From the NCBI RefSeq assembly GCF_963506605.1, contig NC_083277.1, positions 44,578,001 to 44,642,000 on the forward strand: 64,000 nucleotides of DNA, given 5' to 3'. Below the pieces are notes generated by a model. It was given only the letters and a program-made list of their open reading frames with translations. It ran no database searches and was not told the origin of the DNA. The DNA comes from Zootoca vivipara. Lineage: Eukaryota. A program made the translations under genes and the position numbers. Shown piece after piece: positions 1 to 12,082 of the stretch. How positions within the stretch are numbered: the stretch's first letter is position 1; each line of letters starts with the position of its first letter.

Positions 1-734
1 AAGTATAATAGACCATAATATGAGATATTGCCTGGGCTCTAATCATTTTGATTGTCTTGCCTACCCCATAAAAGAGGAAACCTAGAGAAGCCACACATTT
101 CTGAATGAGAAGAAAGCAAACTCACCTAATTTTATGACTTTTCTAATTTTGTAAACCAATCGGATGGCGTTTTGTGGATGACTAATGTAGAAATGTTATA
201 AGCCAATGAAGAAAACACCAGAGAAATAAAATAATTCTGAGGGGAACAAAAACTCCCCCTCTGTTAGTTGCAACCGGACTAGAATGAAATCTAAATTCCC
301 TAATTTCTCAAGCTGTGCACTTTAGCTGGAGGAGAATTTTTTTTCCTTCATTGATTTAGCCTCCTTTTATGCTTTCCAGGGAACATATTTGGACTGTTCA
401 ATAAAGGAGGAAATTCATAGAGATTTGGAGGGAAATATTAGAGGACAAGCAAATCAGAAAGTTAGACAAGAACTTGATTGTTTCTCTTAAACTAAAACAG
501 AACAATGACTTGTATCCAATGAAGTCATATTAAGAGTTAGACTAACTGAAATCAGTAGGCATGCATAGCTTAAGCCCATTGATTTCAATGGGTGTACTCT
601 TGAATATAGCTGCACTGGCTTCAACCCAGTAACTGAATGTGGCTTCTGACGAATCCTGTAACCTCACAGCAGAGGGATCTTGATTATAGGATGACATCCT
701 AAAGCTGCTAGAACCAAGAGCTCTGGGCAGTTTC

Positions 735-1008
735 CAGGCCCAGCCCTACGTGCAGGCTGGGTGGCGCAGGGCACCATGGCGCCGGCCTGCCAGGAGGGCG
801 CCGCGAGCTGCGCCCACCCGCTGGCCAACCGGTCCGCCGCGTAGCTGCGCCTGCCCGCCCGCCTGCCGCGCAGCAGCGCCTGTTGCACCCGCGCTGCGCG
901 CGCCGCCCACCGCGCTGGGAAACGGGGTGGGAGGGCGCCGGAACGGGGTGGGAGGGCGGCGGAGGGATCCGGCGCACCATGGCGTCGGGGGCGCTTAAGA
1001 CGGCACTG
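735..1008. mobile_element. GC-rich non-autonomous hAT-type DNA transposon (MITE), copy 1
   Basis: Termini CAGGCCCAGCCCTA...TTAAGACGGCACTG. Exact 8-bp TSD GCAGTTTC at 727-734 and 1009-1016. Homologous to 33529-33824. Confidence 0.85.
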
Positions 1009-1029
1009 GCAGTTTCCATTAAGTATATC

Positions 1030-1225
1030 AGTGGCTACAGATCATGATGGCTATGTACTACTTCTGGTACCTCTGAATACCAATAGTTGAAATCTCAATG
1101 AGGAAGAGTGTTGTTGCACCCAAGATCTGCATTTGGGCTTCCCATAGGCATCTGGTTGACCACTGTGAGAACAGGATGCTGGAGTAGATGGTTCTTAGGT
1201 CTGATCTTACATCTTACATTCTTAC
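1030..1225 (+). mobile_element. Old CR1-like LINE 3' end remnant (similar pieces near 10790-10885, 11200-11246, 28310-28480, 32450-32552)
   Basis: Recurrent dispersed motif GGCATCTGGTTG(G/A)CCACTGTGAGAACAGGATGCTGGA..AGATGG. The family assignment is from memory. Confidence 0.45.
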
Positions 1226-2312
1226 ATATTCCCATTGTCCATATTAGCTTGTTAAAGTAGAAGAAAAGTACATACAAGGAACTATGTTTAATCTGTGCGG
1301 ATTGAATATAATAAACCTAAATGAACTGGCAGACAGATCGGTACCGTAGGTAGAATCGGTATCAGCAGGTGGCTTCTTTAGAGCATATTTGGCATGCTTT
1401 TTCTTCAATGGAGCCTTAAGCTAGTTTTAAAAAGTGTGCTGACTTGTTTTAATTAAATTGCAAAGTGGCAAAAAGTAATGATTATATGCCTGTGGGTGGC
1501 GAATCTAATGTGTCTCTCTAAGGAGTAGTCTGGTAAACCTCCAGTCTAAGGAGGAAATATAAAAAAGCCTGATTACTTAAAACTACTAGGCAACAGATTA
1601 TAATGGGAGTTTCCAATGTCAAGTCACTTCGCAATGGAATGCTTGCTAAAGGGCAAGCCCAGTTCAACAGCCTCAAGAATTCAGACAGAACAACCAAATG
1701 CCCAAGCTAGCCTGAGGGTAGGTTAGGTTGAAGACTTCTTTTAATAGAGAAGAGATTCCCAATAAAATGCAGCCCACTTCAAGCTGCAGAACTATGGTAT
1801 AAGCCCATTGAATTGAATGGACTTACTCCTGAGCAGTGTTGCAGCAGAGCAGGAATGGGAAGAGCACAGTTCTGGTACATCGACCACCACTCACATGAGC
1901 CAGCATAGGAAGGGAGCTCCAAAGATTGGGCAACACTATGGAGAAAGTCTTGCCTCTGGGTACAATCCATATGATGTCAGGGACATCTCTAAACCAAGGT
2001 CTCCTGATGAACTTAGCACATTTGAAGATTCATATGGCAGGCAGATGTCCAGTTCCAGTTGTTTTATGTGAGTTGCAATGTGAACTGCACTTAGCAGTGC
2101 ACAGAATACCAGTTCGAATGTTTAAGCACTGGGACAATGTGTTGAGAGCAGCATATCAGATGCAGTATATCCTACATCTGAACCAGTTGTGGCTGTGCAG
2201 ACACCTAACATATGAAATATCACATGCCCAGTTATCTAAATATGATCACTATGATCCCCACCAATGGTGTAGAAATGCTTGCAATTGCTATATGAGTCAC
2301 TGTGGTGCTCAG

Positions 2313-2497
2313 CAGGGGTGCCAACTTGAATAAAATATTGTGGGGCCCAGGTAAGCCCTGCCCCAATCAATCACATGATGCGGTGCACGCACACCATTTA
2401 AATAGCAATGGCCATCGACTTTGGGGGGGCTCCAGTCCCTTCAAATATTTTATTTGGGGATCAAAGACCCTTTGGCCCCTAGGGGTTGCCTCCTATG
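2313..2497. mobile_element. hAT-type MITE
   Basis: Imperfect terminal inverted repeats (TIRs) CAGGGGTGCCAAC / GTTGCCTCCTATG. Exact 8-bp TSD GTGCTCAG at 2305-2312 and 2498-2505. Confidence 0.8.
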
Positions 2498-2652
2498 GTG
2501 CTCAGTCAGCTGCATCCACACATGCATGTGAAATATTTAATGCCTCTCTGTCTGAAAATTGTCACCATGTAGTACTTATGAAAAAGTTTGCAATCATTAT
2601 ATGACTCACTGTTTGCTGCACCATACTCAAATAGAAACATTAGTTAAGTGTA

Positions 2653-2885
2653 CAGTTGTACCTTGGTTTAAAACCATAATCCATTCCGGAGGTCCGTTTG
2701 TAAACCAAAACCGGTTGTAACCCAAGGTGTGCTTTTGCCAATGGGGCCTCCCCATTGTTTGTAATCCCAAAATTGTTTGTAATCCAAAAAAAATGTGTTG
2801 TAATCCAAAAAAAGTTTGCAAACAGGGACACGCACTTCCAGGTTTGATGTGTTTGTAATCCAAAATGTATGCAAAGACGTATGCA
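2653..2885. mobile_element. Tc1/mariner (pogo/Tigger-like) MITE running into an assembly gap
   Basis: TA|CAGTTGTACCTTGGTTTAA terminus, similar to the element at 60385. Internal short repeats (TTGTAATCCAAA). Confidence 0.65.
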
Positions 2886-3024
2886 NNNNNNNNNNNNNNN
2901 NNNNNNNNNNNNNNNNNNNNNNNNNNNNNNNNNNNNNNNNNNNNNNNNNNNNNNNNNNNNNNNNNNNNNNNNNNNNNNNNNNNNNNNNNNNNNNNNNNNN
3001 NNNNNNNNNNNNNNNNNNNNNNNN
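2886..3024. other. Assembly gap (139 N)
   Basis: Run of N. Confidence 1.
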
Positions 3025-3661
3025 TTAATATGATCCATATGAATTGGTCCAAAAATGTTGGAACGTTGGTGCTTTTCTGAAAAAGTGTATGGTTGGTGGG
3101 GAATGGCGCCATACTAAATATTGCATGTCCTTTCTACTGTATTGTTGTCCTCACAATGAGCAGCTCAGAGTAACAGCCTGAAGAAGGTGACAGCCAGAGA
3201 CTCACTCATATAATTAATAATGAAGCGGTACTTAATAAACATAACAGAACATTCAAAATTCAACAAGATGCAGTTCTGAATGCAACACATACATTCACCA
3301 CGTACACCTCCCACACACAGAAATGAAACAGCGTGAACAACAACGGCTGAGAGGGAAGGGCTTTATTCTAGGTGCTTGTTTCTTATCCGTTAAAAATTAA
3401 CAGTTTTCCAATACATATCTCCCTGTATAGTATGCTTTTGCCAATGAATTCCAATGGGTGGGTGCAGATTCATGATATAGTAGTAAGACAATGGCACCAT
3501 ACACCACAAACAGCACCTCTGCTTTTTTAGGTCACACTTGTGAAAGCAGAGACTCCCTTTCTAAATACAATAACGCCTTGAAAAGGTGGAATTAACAATC
3601 TAGCCATGCAATCTGTGATCATAACATAATACAGTAAGGGATATTAAATGGGTTTCTAATA

Positions 3662-3865
3662 CAGTGGTAACTCGGTTTACAGACGCTTCAGGTTACAGAC
3701 TCCGCTAACCCAGAAATAGTACCTCGGGTTAAGAACTTTACCTCAGGATGAGAACAGAAATTCCGCGGCAGCGGCAGGAGGCCCCATTAGCTAAAGTGGT
3801 ACCTCAGGTTAAGAACAGTTTCAGGTTAAGAACGGACCTCCAGAACAAAATTAAGTTCTTAACCC
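3662..3865. mobile_element. pogo/Tigger-like MITE, right end truncated
   Basis: TA|CAGTGGTAACTCGG terminus. Closely similar copy at 25114-25346. Confidence 0.75.
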
Positions 3866-6039
3866 AATGAACCATTAAATGATTTTGAATATATAACTTT
3901 ACAGTTATATATTCAAGTTATATACACATTTAATGTGTATATAAATGATACACATTAAATGATTTTGAATATATAACTTTACAGTTATTTCATGGAAAAT
4001 GGGAGTAAAACATTTGGCCCTTCAGATGTCAAACTCCAACTGTCATCATTCCTGACCATTAGCCATCTTGGCTGAGGCCAATGCAAGTTGCAGTTGAACA
4101 ACAACAAAAGCCATCTCTGATGTAGGGCAACCATTCCATCCCTCTTGCTGATTCCTGCTAGTCTAAAAATGGCCAGTCTGGCTACAGATTTATAGTGTCA
4201 GCATTAAGGATGTAAGAAGCCACCCATTTCCATTCCATTGAGATGCAGTTTGGTTTCCACCAAATGCCATGCTATTCATCTTGCTGTCCACTATTTAACA
4301 TAATTTGTGTAGTTATTAATGTAATGTACATAAGTTATGAATACAGATGCAATTATATCCATACTGTTCATTTCAATGTAAAGGAAACATCAAAACAATG
4401 GGGGGGGAGTAATTAATTGCATATGCAGGCTTTAAAGAAAATAGTAATCGTATTATCTGAATTAATACCAACTGTATTTGCTGGGTTGGCTTCCATTCTG
4501 CTTCCGTTTCCAGTGGAATTCTCTGGCACGCCAGTTAATGCTGCTGGAAGAGTTCGAAGGTCAGCACTTTAAGAAAAGTATTTATTCATATGCCAACAGA
4601 TGCACATCTTCGGGGGGAGAGAGAAAAAAAAGGGGAAGAGCAAAAGCTAAATACAAAAAACAAAGGGGGGGAATTGTGTGTTTGTATCAAGTGACAATGT
4701 ATACATTTAATAAATCACACATGTTAACTTTCTTTACATTCAAAATTCCAGAAAGTTTTTCTTCCCAGTGCCCTTCATTTCACCACTTTCCACAACTATA
4801 TGAAACTTAAATTACTGAGTTTAGTTACACAAGAGGATATTAATCCACATTAATTGTACAATGTGTTTGTCCCTGAGCTTAATTAGGTTCAAAGGCCTCA
4901 AGGGGGCACAGAAACTCATCAGAAAAAAATGGATATGCAGGAAACAGAAAATCTATGCTATACATGAAATGTAAGGGAGGGGGGTTATTTTTTTACCTCA
5001 GTCAATACCATTTTTATGCAACTAGTAGTGGATTACTGGTGGGTATAATGGCCATGTCTACTTTTAGTTACCACTTCGACGGTAAGCTGCTGAAAACCAC
5101 TACATTTAACCTTGTCAGTGTCTCAATTTTGAAATTAGGATCATCTAAGGAATTAGCCTTATTTTTCCCCCCATCATGGTTACAAAGTACCCTACCTTTG
5201 ATGCTTGAAATCCACCACTGAGATAATTAACTAGACATAATTACAATGCGCGTTGCAAATTATAGCTTTGCCCTGTGTGGAAAGGACGTGTTTTATTTAT
5301 GCTTGCTCCCTTGTGGCCTTGTGACTGATCAAGCATGAAATTTAATATTAAAAGGTAAGTGGCTAACATGAACCCTCATTTTCTGACCGCTAGTGAGCTT
5401 ACTGCTTACTTACCCAGGAGTAAGTGCATTCAATAGGACTTGCTTCTGACCAGACATACCTAGGATTGCATTATCAAGCCTTCTAAATTACTATGTCTGT
5501 GCTGACTTAATTCTGTCTCATAGCAAAACAATATATTTACACAGAAATAATCCAGTTTGTAACTCTAAACATGAAATCATGGCTGTAAACTCTGGGTCAA
5601 ATAAATGCATTATGCTAAATGATATGCTTTTTAAAGTGTTTGTGCTGGCCACTTATATTTTGAAGGAACAGCAGCCATGCAGGGCTCTGATTCAGATCAT
5701 GCGCTCAATGCAGATCAAGGCATCACAGCAGTTTCCTGCTAAAAATCCCCCTTGTTGGCTATTTGCCCACAAAAGTGTCATTGGCCACTTTAAGGTGAAA
5801 ACAGCAGCCCAGGGGGTGATCATCATCAGAAACCCAGCACAGGGTCCTGATCCAGACTCAGAGAGTAATCTGAATCAGGGCTCCACTTTTCCTTCAAATT
5901 AAAAGTGTCAAGCTACACTTAAAACAAAAGTGTGCCTAACATAAGATGCATTCATGGCCCACTCCACAATTTCATCTGTTGCCATGTATATATTATTACC
6001 GGTATTTATTTTATTCATTGACCGCTGTGCCATTGCCAG

Positions 6040-6240
6040 GCATCCAAGCACTCTTGGATGAGTCCAATTTTCTCCATCCCTTAAAGTTGAGTTTCAGGCC
6101 AGGTTTTGTCATGGAAGCTACAATGGTCACCCTGAACTTTGCCAGGACAATGATACGGGGAATGTATCCCACTTGTTTCGCCTGGACATCATGGCAGCAT
6201 TCAGTACCCTCAACCATGGTATCCTTCTGAAGAGGCTATA
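6040..6240 (+). mobile_element. L2-clade LINE reverse transcriptase fragment (degenerate)
   Basis: QALLDESNFLHPLKLSFRPGFVMEATMVTL, then frameshifted LDIMAAF...HGILLKRL. Resembles the L2 RT motif LDPFQSGFRPGHGTETAL...LDLSAAFDTIDH. Confidence 0.7.
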
Positions 6241-6254
6241 CTGAGTGCTAGGAG

Positions 6255-7148
6255 TATTCTATTCCAAATAATAGAAAAGATGAATTTTTAAGGGGTGTAG
6301 AAGATCTAATGTGGGATTACATAGGAGAAAACATAATATTTATGGGAGATATGAACGGAGTAGTATCGATGGAGATGGATAGAACACAAGGAGATAGGAA
6401 GAGTGACTCGGGTAAATTACCTATGTCCTTTTTCCAAATAACAGAAGATTTTGATCTCTATGACATGTGGAGAACCAAGAACCCCAACGTGAAAGACATT
6501 ACTCATTATTCAGAAGCAAGAAAATCTGGGGGAAGAATAGACTCTATTTGGTTGAATAAGGGATTAATGTTACACCTAGAAAGGGCGGAAATCCAGAATA
6601 GATCTATATCGGATCACAACTCAGTATCAATTCTAATGAGATTCCAAAGTAAAACAAAAGGGAGGTGGAGGCTAAATGATGAAATTTGGAGAGGTGAGAA
6701 TAGAATAATAAGAGCAAAAGAAAGTCTGAAATAATTCTTTGAAATAAATAATAGACAAACAACAGATAAGAAACTAGTTTGGGAAACGAGTAAAGCATTT
6801 ATGAGGGGATATGAGATTCAACAAATGGGGAGAATTAAAAAAGAAAAAGGGAAGAATATAATGGAAATAAACAAACAAATAAGGGAGAAAGAGAAAGAAT
6901 TGATTAAAAAAAAACCCAAAAATGAAGAATTATTGCAACAGGTTAAAAGGCTACAAACACACTTATCAGATTTAATAAATATTGAAACTCAAAATAAAAT
7001 AAAATGGACAAAGCAAAGATATTTTGAACACGCGAATAAACCCAGTAGGATGCTGGCTTGGTTGAACAAAGAACAACAGTCAGGGAAAATAATAAATAAA
7101 ATTATGGAAGGAAATAAAGAAATCACAGATGCACAACAAATAAAAACA
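6255..7148 (+). mobile_element. L1/Tx1-clade LINE ORF2 fragment (AP endonuclease plus linker) with one in-frame stop
   Basis: Motifs MGDMN, DMWR, RIDSIW, SDHNSV, WRLN, WETSKAFMRG and NKPSRMLA. ORFs 6309-6734 and 6801-7190 are in the same frame, separated by TAA at 6732-6734. Confidence 0.9.
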
Positions 7149-7205
7149 TGTTTAGCCATTGATAGCCTTGTCCTCCATGAATTTGTCTAATCCCCTTTTA
7201 AAGTA

Positions 7206-7538
7206 TAGAAGGAGCATCTCCACGTCCATCGTCCAGCCCAGACACTGAGGTGAAACTCTGAGAGCCTTCTGGCAGTTTCCTCACTGCAATACTTGAAGCT
7301 ACAGGGAACAAAGCAGAGGGCTTTCTCGGTAGTGGTGGAATGCTCTTTCCTGTGGAATGCTCTTCCATCAGATGTCAAATGGATAAACAACTCTTTGACT
7401 TTTAGAAGAAATCTGAAGGCAGCCCTGTTCAGGGAAGTTTTTAATGATTGATGTTTTATTGTGTTTTTAATATTTTGTTGGGAGCCGCCCAGAGTGGCTG
7501 GGGCAAGCCAGTCAGATGGGTGTCATATAAATAATAAA

Positions 7539-7585
<47 letters not shown>
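7206..7585 (+). mobile_element. L2-clade LINE 3' end with (ATT)n tail
   Basis: AGGGCTTTCTCGGTAGTGG...TGGAATGCTCT (RAFSVV...WNAL-like ORF end), a 3' UTR with CCCAGAGTGGCTGGGGCAA, then (ATT)n at about 7539-7585. Confidence 0.75.
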
Positions 7586-7658
7586 CCAAGAGATTGGTCT
7601 CTTTCTCCCTGCACTCTTCCCTTTACATGCCCCCCAGGGTGTGGGATGTATGTCATTC

Positions 7659-7857
7659 TTGTTGTTTAGTCGTTTAGTTGTGTCTGACTCTTCGTGACCC
7701 CATGGACCAGAGCACGCCAGGCACTCCTGTCTTCCACTGCCTCCCGCAGCTTGGTCAAACTCATGTTAGTAGCTTCAAGAACACTGTCCAACCATCTCGT
7801 TCTCTGTCGTCCCCTTCTCCTAGTGCCCTCCATCTTTCCCAACATCAAGGTCTTTTC
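7659..7857 (-). mobile_element. Bov-B (RTE clade) LINE 3' fragment
   Basis: Translates to MLGKMEGTRRRGRQRTRWLDSVLEATNMSLTKLREAVEDRSAWRALVHGVTKS, the Bov-B C-terminus. (CAA)n tail. Confidence 0.9.
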
Positions 7858-9664
7858 TTGGCTTGTATTAAACCAAAGTTCAGTTATTTGAACCTGCCAA
7901 ATCAGCTGAGCACAGCAAATGTTAGTTAATAAGCTAGGGTAAGTTAGTTAGGGTAATAAGCCATGATCGGAGCCCGGTTAGTTAACTGAGATTAAACCAG
8001 AGTTCAGATCTAATGGGGAACTCTGGTTTAATGTTAGGAATAAAGCACCAAAGCCGACACACAAAGAAGAGGAGATGTGTGGGGGAGGGACAAAAGAGGA
8101 GTGAGAGAGCCTAACATTCATTCCTAGCTAGCTTCATAAACCATGATTTATGAAGACAAGAAAAATTACCCAAACCAAGCCATTGTCATATACACCCATT
8201 GAAACAAAGCAAAAAAAAAACACCCAAACAACCCAATGACCTACTTGACTCCAGTTTCAGATTCATAAAGTCTCTTGTCGATATAAGAAGGTTAAAATGT
8301 GCTGATCTGGACTAGGGATAAAATGAGCTTATTGCATTGGTTGCCAATAAGGAAAGCCTGCTTTCCATGACAAGACTGTAGAACGTCAGTGGAGAAATTT
8401 AGCAAGCAGCATCAGAAGTCAACAACAGACTACATAAAGGAGGTGTTTAAAATCCATAGAATGCACATGTGCTTTTACACATTATACAATTACATATTGC
8501 TTCTTTTGTGCTGGAACAAAATTTAATCCTGATTAAGACCAATTTCCTTTCTAAAAGGCACAATATATATTTAAAAACTGCCTCTATTCCAGTAAGGTTT
8601 TGCCAGCGTCTCTTCTTTAGTCCACCAGCTTTCTTTGGGGGAGCCCAGCATTTCATTATCGTGGCATGAGGTGTTGCTAATGGCACATTATAGCACTGCA
8701 ATTAAGAACTACATTCTGAGCGACAAATTAAGGGGTATTTTCATTCTCCCGTGCCCCATTTAAACAAAAAACATACACACAACTATTTCTGACCCCTGTT
8801 GTCAAGCACAAATAATGAAATACTATCATAAAAAGCAGGGATTTTTTTCCCATGCTAGCATTTGTGCTTACAAAACAGATTGCAAATATTTTTGAAAGAT
8901 TACTCACCTGCTCTTGAATGCCCCGTGGGTGGGTACATTTCTACTGCAGCCATTTTTTCTCCTGTTAAGCCACTATTGCTTTGCATTTGCTAATTACACA
9001 TAAGCCTAAAAGTGTACCTACACCAGGTAGGCTTTATTCCTCAAAGTGTAAGTTTCGACAGGGGAAGCATTTTGCATCGGTCAAATGAAATGTCAGTGGA
9101 AAATGTTTTAAATAGCTAATAAAGTGCATAACAGTGAGATTGATGAAACAGGTTAGATTGATGAAACAGGCCTCCCTGGTTTTACGAATCCAAGTCTATG
9201 AAGTTTGTTTGTTTGTTTTTGGCATGCCGAATCACCTTGTGTACACAAACAGGTGCTTCCACATCTACAATCCTGCAAAGGATGCCCACTGTGTGACATG
9301 GAAAAGGTCAGATCACTTCACCAAGAGTCAGTTCTGCTGGGTTCCTCAGTGTGCAGGTTCACTGATGTCTACAAGCAAATAGGAGAGCTAATCCCCTGGG
9401 AATGAATGGGAAGCTGCATGCAGCTGTGAATGCAGATCTTCACTATCCACTGTGACCCCGTAGACGTTGCTTGCTGGCTTGCTCCTTTTTCTGTGGGCAC
9501 TTTCATCTTTTCTATTTTAAAAATGGAACTAACAAACACACCATTACACATCTCCTTGAACAGCCAAAGCATAAGCTAAAACACAAACGTAATCCTGTAA
9601 AACAAGAATAACTTAACATCCTTGCAGCCATTAAGTATCAGCACAGTGTACCATTGTTAGAATG

Positions 9665-9802
9665 CAGGTGTGGGGAATCTCTGGCCATCCAGATGCTGTT
9701 GGACTCCAACCCCCATCAGCCTCAGCTAGTATGGCCAATGATCAGGGATAACAGGAGAAGGAGTGCGGCAACATCTGGAAGACCACAGGTTCCCCATCAC
9801 TG
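9665..9802. mobile_element. Older hAT/Charlie-like MITE
   Basis: Imperfect palindrome CAGGTGTGGGGAA...TTCCCCATCACTG, related to 31903-32037. Confidence 0.55.
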
Positions 9803-10085
9803 TGATTGTGGGATCACAGACTGGAGATAAGCCTTTGCCTGCTCTTTGACAGTAGAAAGCAACAGACAGAGGTTTATCTCTGATCTTAGCTCTATGGTCA
9901 CGAACTTTCAGATCTAGGGGGCTCTCAGAGGCGGGCCTCCAAAGTACTTAATATACAGACAGATTGATATGGAGGCAAGATATCCTTCAAATACCATAGT
10001 CCTAGCTCCTTGAATTGTGCGCAGAAATGAGCCAGGAACCTGCCCCCATTTTACAGCCTAGCACCAACCACATCCCTAAGACTAC

Positions 10086-10404
10086 ACCACTTAGCCTCTT
10101 GGGCTTGCTGATTAGATGGTTGGCGGTTCAAATCCGTGTGACAGGGTGAGCTCCCGTTACTCTGTTGCAGCATACCAATGCAAGTAAATAAATAGGTACA
10201 GCTGTGATGGGAAGGTAAACAGCGTTTCCGTGCACTCTGGCTTCCATCACGGTGTTCCGTTGCACCAGAAGCGGTTTAGTCATGCTGGCCACATGACCCG
10301 GAAAGCTGTCTGTGGACAAACATCGGCTCCCTTGGCCTGAAAGCGAGATAAGCGCTGCACCCCATAGTAGCCTTTGACTGGACTTAAACCTTTACCCTAC
10401 CTTA
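10086..10404 (+). mobile_element. Sauria-type SINE
   Basis: tRNA-like head with B-box GGTTCAAATCC, body CATGCTGGCCACATGACCCGGAA and an ACCTTT-like tail. Homologous to 53915-54295. Confidence 0.85.
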
Positions 10405-10989
10405 CAGCCTCCATGCAACTGGAAAAGAGGTCCAGGCAGGGCACTTAAATGACAGGTTTTCTTTCACCCAGACTTATGCCTTGACACTACTCAATTTATA
10501 CATTTATTCCTGCCCAGATGGAAGGAAATATATCCAAATAACGCCATTAATGATGTTTCTTGCAGCAATGAAAAGCTGAAAGCTTGTTACTATGGTTCTG
10601 TTCCCTAGTGGGAATTGAGGAACACTGTTTAAAAAGAAGTGACTAAAAATAATCCAGAAATCAGCTTAAAACGGTTTGCTGAAAGAAGGAACAACTGCAG
10701 ATTCCTCTCATTCCGGCCTGTCATGTTGCAGAGTCAGGAAGGAACTGGCCACAATGGCTGAACTCTATCTCCAGCGACAGAAGCAGTGTGCTGCTGAATA
10801 CCACCAGCTGTGAATTGTATGGGAAGATAGTGCTATTATTGCAAGTTTCCCATAAGCAGCTGGTTGGTCACTGTGAGAAAAGAATGGGGGATTTGGGTCA
10901 TAATGCCCACCAGCTAGAAAGCTGCAATGTCCTGTCACCTGTACTTAAGCTTTGGAGCAGCCCTTGCCAGAAAGGCTTGCATGGTACCT

Positions 10990-11200
10990 TAGAATCATAG
11001 GATTGTCGAGTTGGAAGCGATTCCAATGGTCAGTTAGCCCTGCAATGCAGGAATTGCAGCTCAAGAATCCTTGCAAGATGACCACCCTACCTCTGATTAA
11101 AAACCAACCAAGGAGAGCCGACCACCCTCTGAAGTAGCCTGCCCCACCATCTAACAGCTCCCACCATCAGGAAGTTCCTCCCAATGTTAAATTGAAATCT
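10990..11200 (-). mobile_element. CR1-like LINE 3' fragment
   Basis: TAGAATCATAG terminus and ATCAGGAAGTTCCTCCCAATGTT, typical of CR1 3' ends on the minus strand. Confidence 0.55.
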
Positions 11201-11248
11201 GCTGGACTAGATGGGCCATTGGCCTCACCCAGCAGGGCTTTCCTTATA

Positions 11249-11490
11249 CAGTGGTACCTTACTTACAAATTTAATGCGTTCCGAATGCATATTCGTAAGT
11301 CTAAAAAAATTGTAAGTCGAATCCCATAGGAATGCATTGGGAGAAAAAATTCGTAAGTCGAAGCAACCCTATCTAAAAATTCGTAAGTAGAAAAATTCCC
11401 ATCTAAACTGCATCCAAAATGGCGGACGGAGCTCCGTTCATAAGTAGAAACATTCGTAAGTAGAGTTATTCATAAGTAGAGGTACCACTG
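11249..11490. mobile_element. pogo/Tigger-like MITE, complete
   Basis: TIRs CAGTGGTACCT / AGGTACCACTG with TA on both sides. Internal TTCGTAAGT repeats. Confidence 0.9.
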
Positions 11491-12039
11491 TATTCCTACA
11501 TTCCTGTAGGCCCCATAAGGATCTTAAAGGAGAGGGGAAGTATTATCCTGCTTCCTCTTTGGTAAAATTCACAAAGCACCTTAGGAAGAGACTAGTGGGC
11601 TGTATGATCTTAAAATTTGTCTGATTCTCTCACAGCAGTCTCTTAACCTCTTTTCTATCCCAAGGTTAGGCTCCCTCACCCCTTGTGTTGTTTGTAGAGA
11701 CATCTTACACAAGCAGTGTTTGCTTTGTTTCATGAACCATCCACCAAATCTCTGTTGATATCCAAGAAAACATACCCTGAAGAATACTGCGCTGATCCAC
11801 ACAACTGCTTCACGCTTAGTCTTTCAGAGCATATCCAAAAGTCCTCTTCCCAGCTAGTACGGTATTCATAGTTGAACTGCATTACACTAATAAGACAAAC
11901 TACCTTTATTATATCTTACTTGAGCCAGGTACTGGCTGTCTTTAGCACTAATGTTTCTTTTGAAGTCCCTCCTTTAATCTCCTCAACTCCTCAGAGAGGT
12001 GATCTATTTTCTTTCATGTCCAACAATGTAAGTAGGGGT

Positions 12040-12041
<2 letters not shown>

Positions 12042-12081
<40 letters not shown>
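12042..12081. repeat. (GT)n microsatellite
   Basis: About 20 GT units. Confidence 0.95.

Positions 12082-12082
<1 letters not shown>

Noticed and set aside
664-1019. Overlapping GC-rich ORFs (also at 33441-33983 and 63450-63815) as genes or CpG-island promoters
   Set aside because: They coincide with TSD-flanked MITEs. The ORFs arise from high GC content and give low-complexity peptides.
2627-3112. ORFs spanning the N gap (also 48950-49288)
   Set aside because: Artefacts of translating through Ns.
8908-8961. Possible minus-strand exon ending CAG|GTGAGTA
   Set aside because: The donor is strong, but there is no polypyrimidine tract at the acceptor and the peptide is unrecognised.
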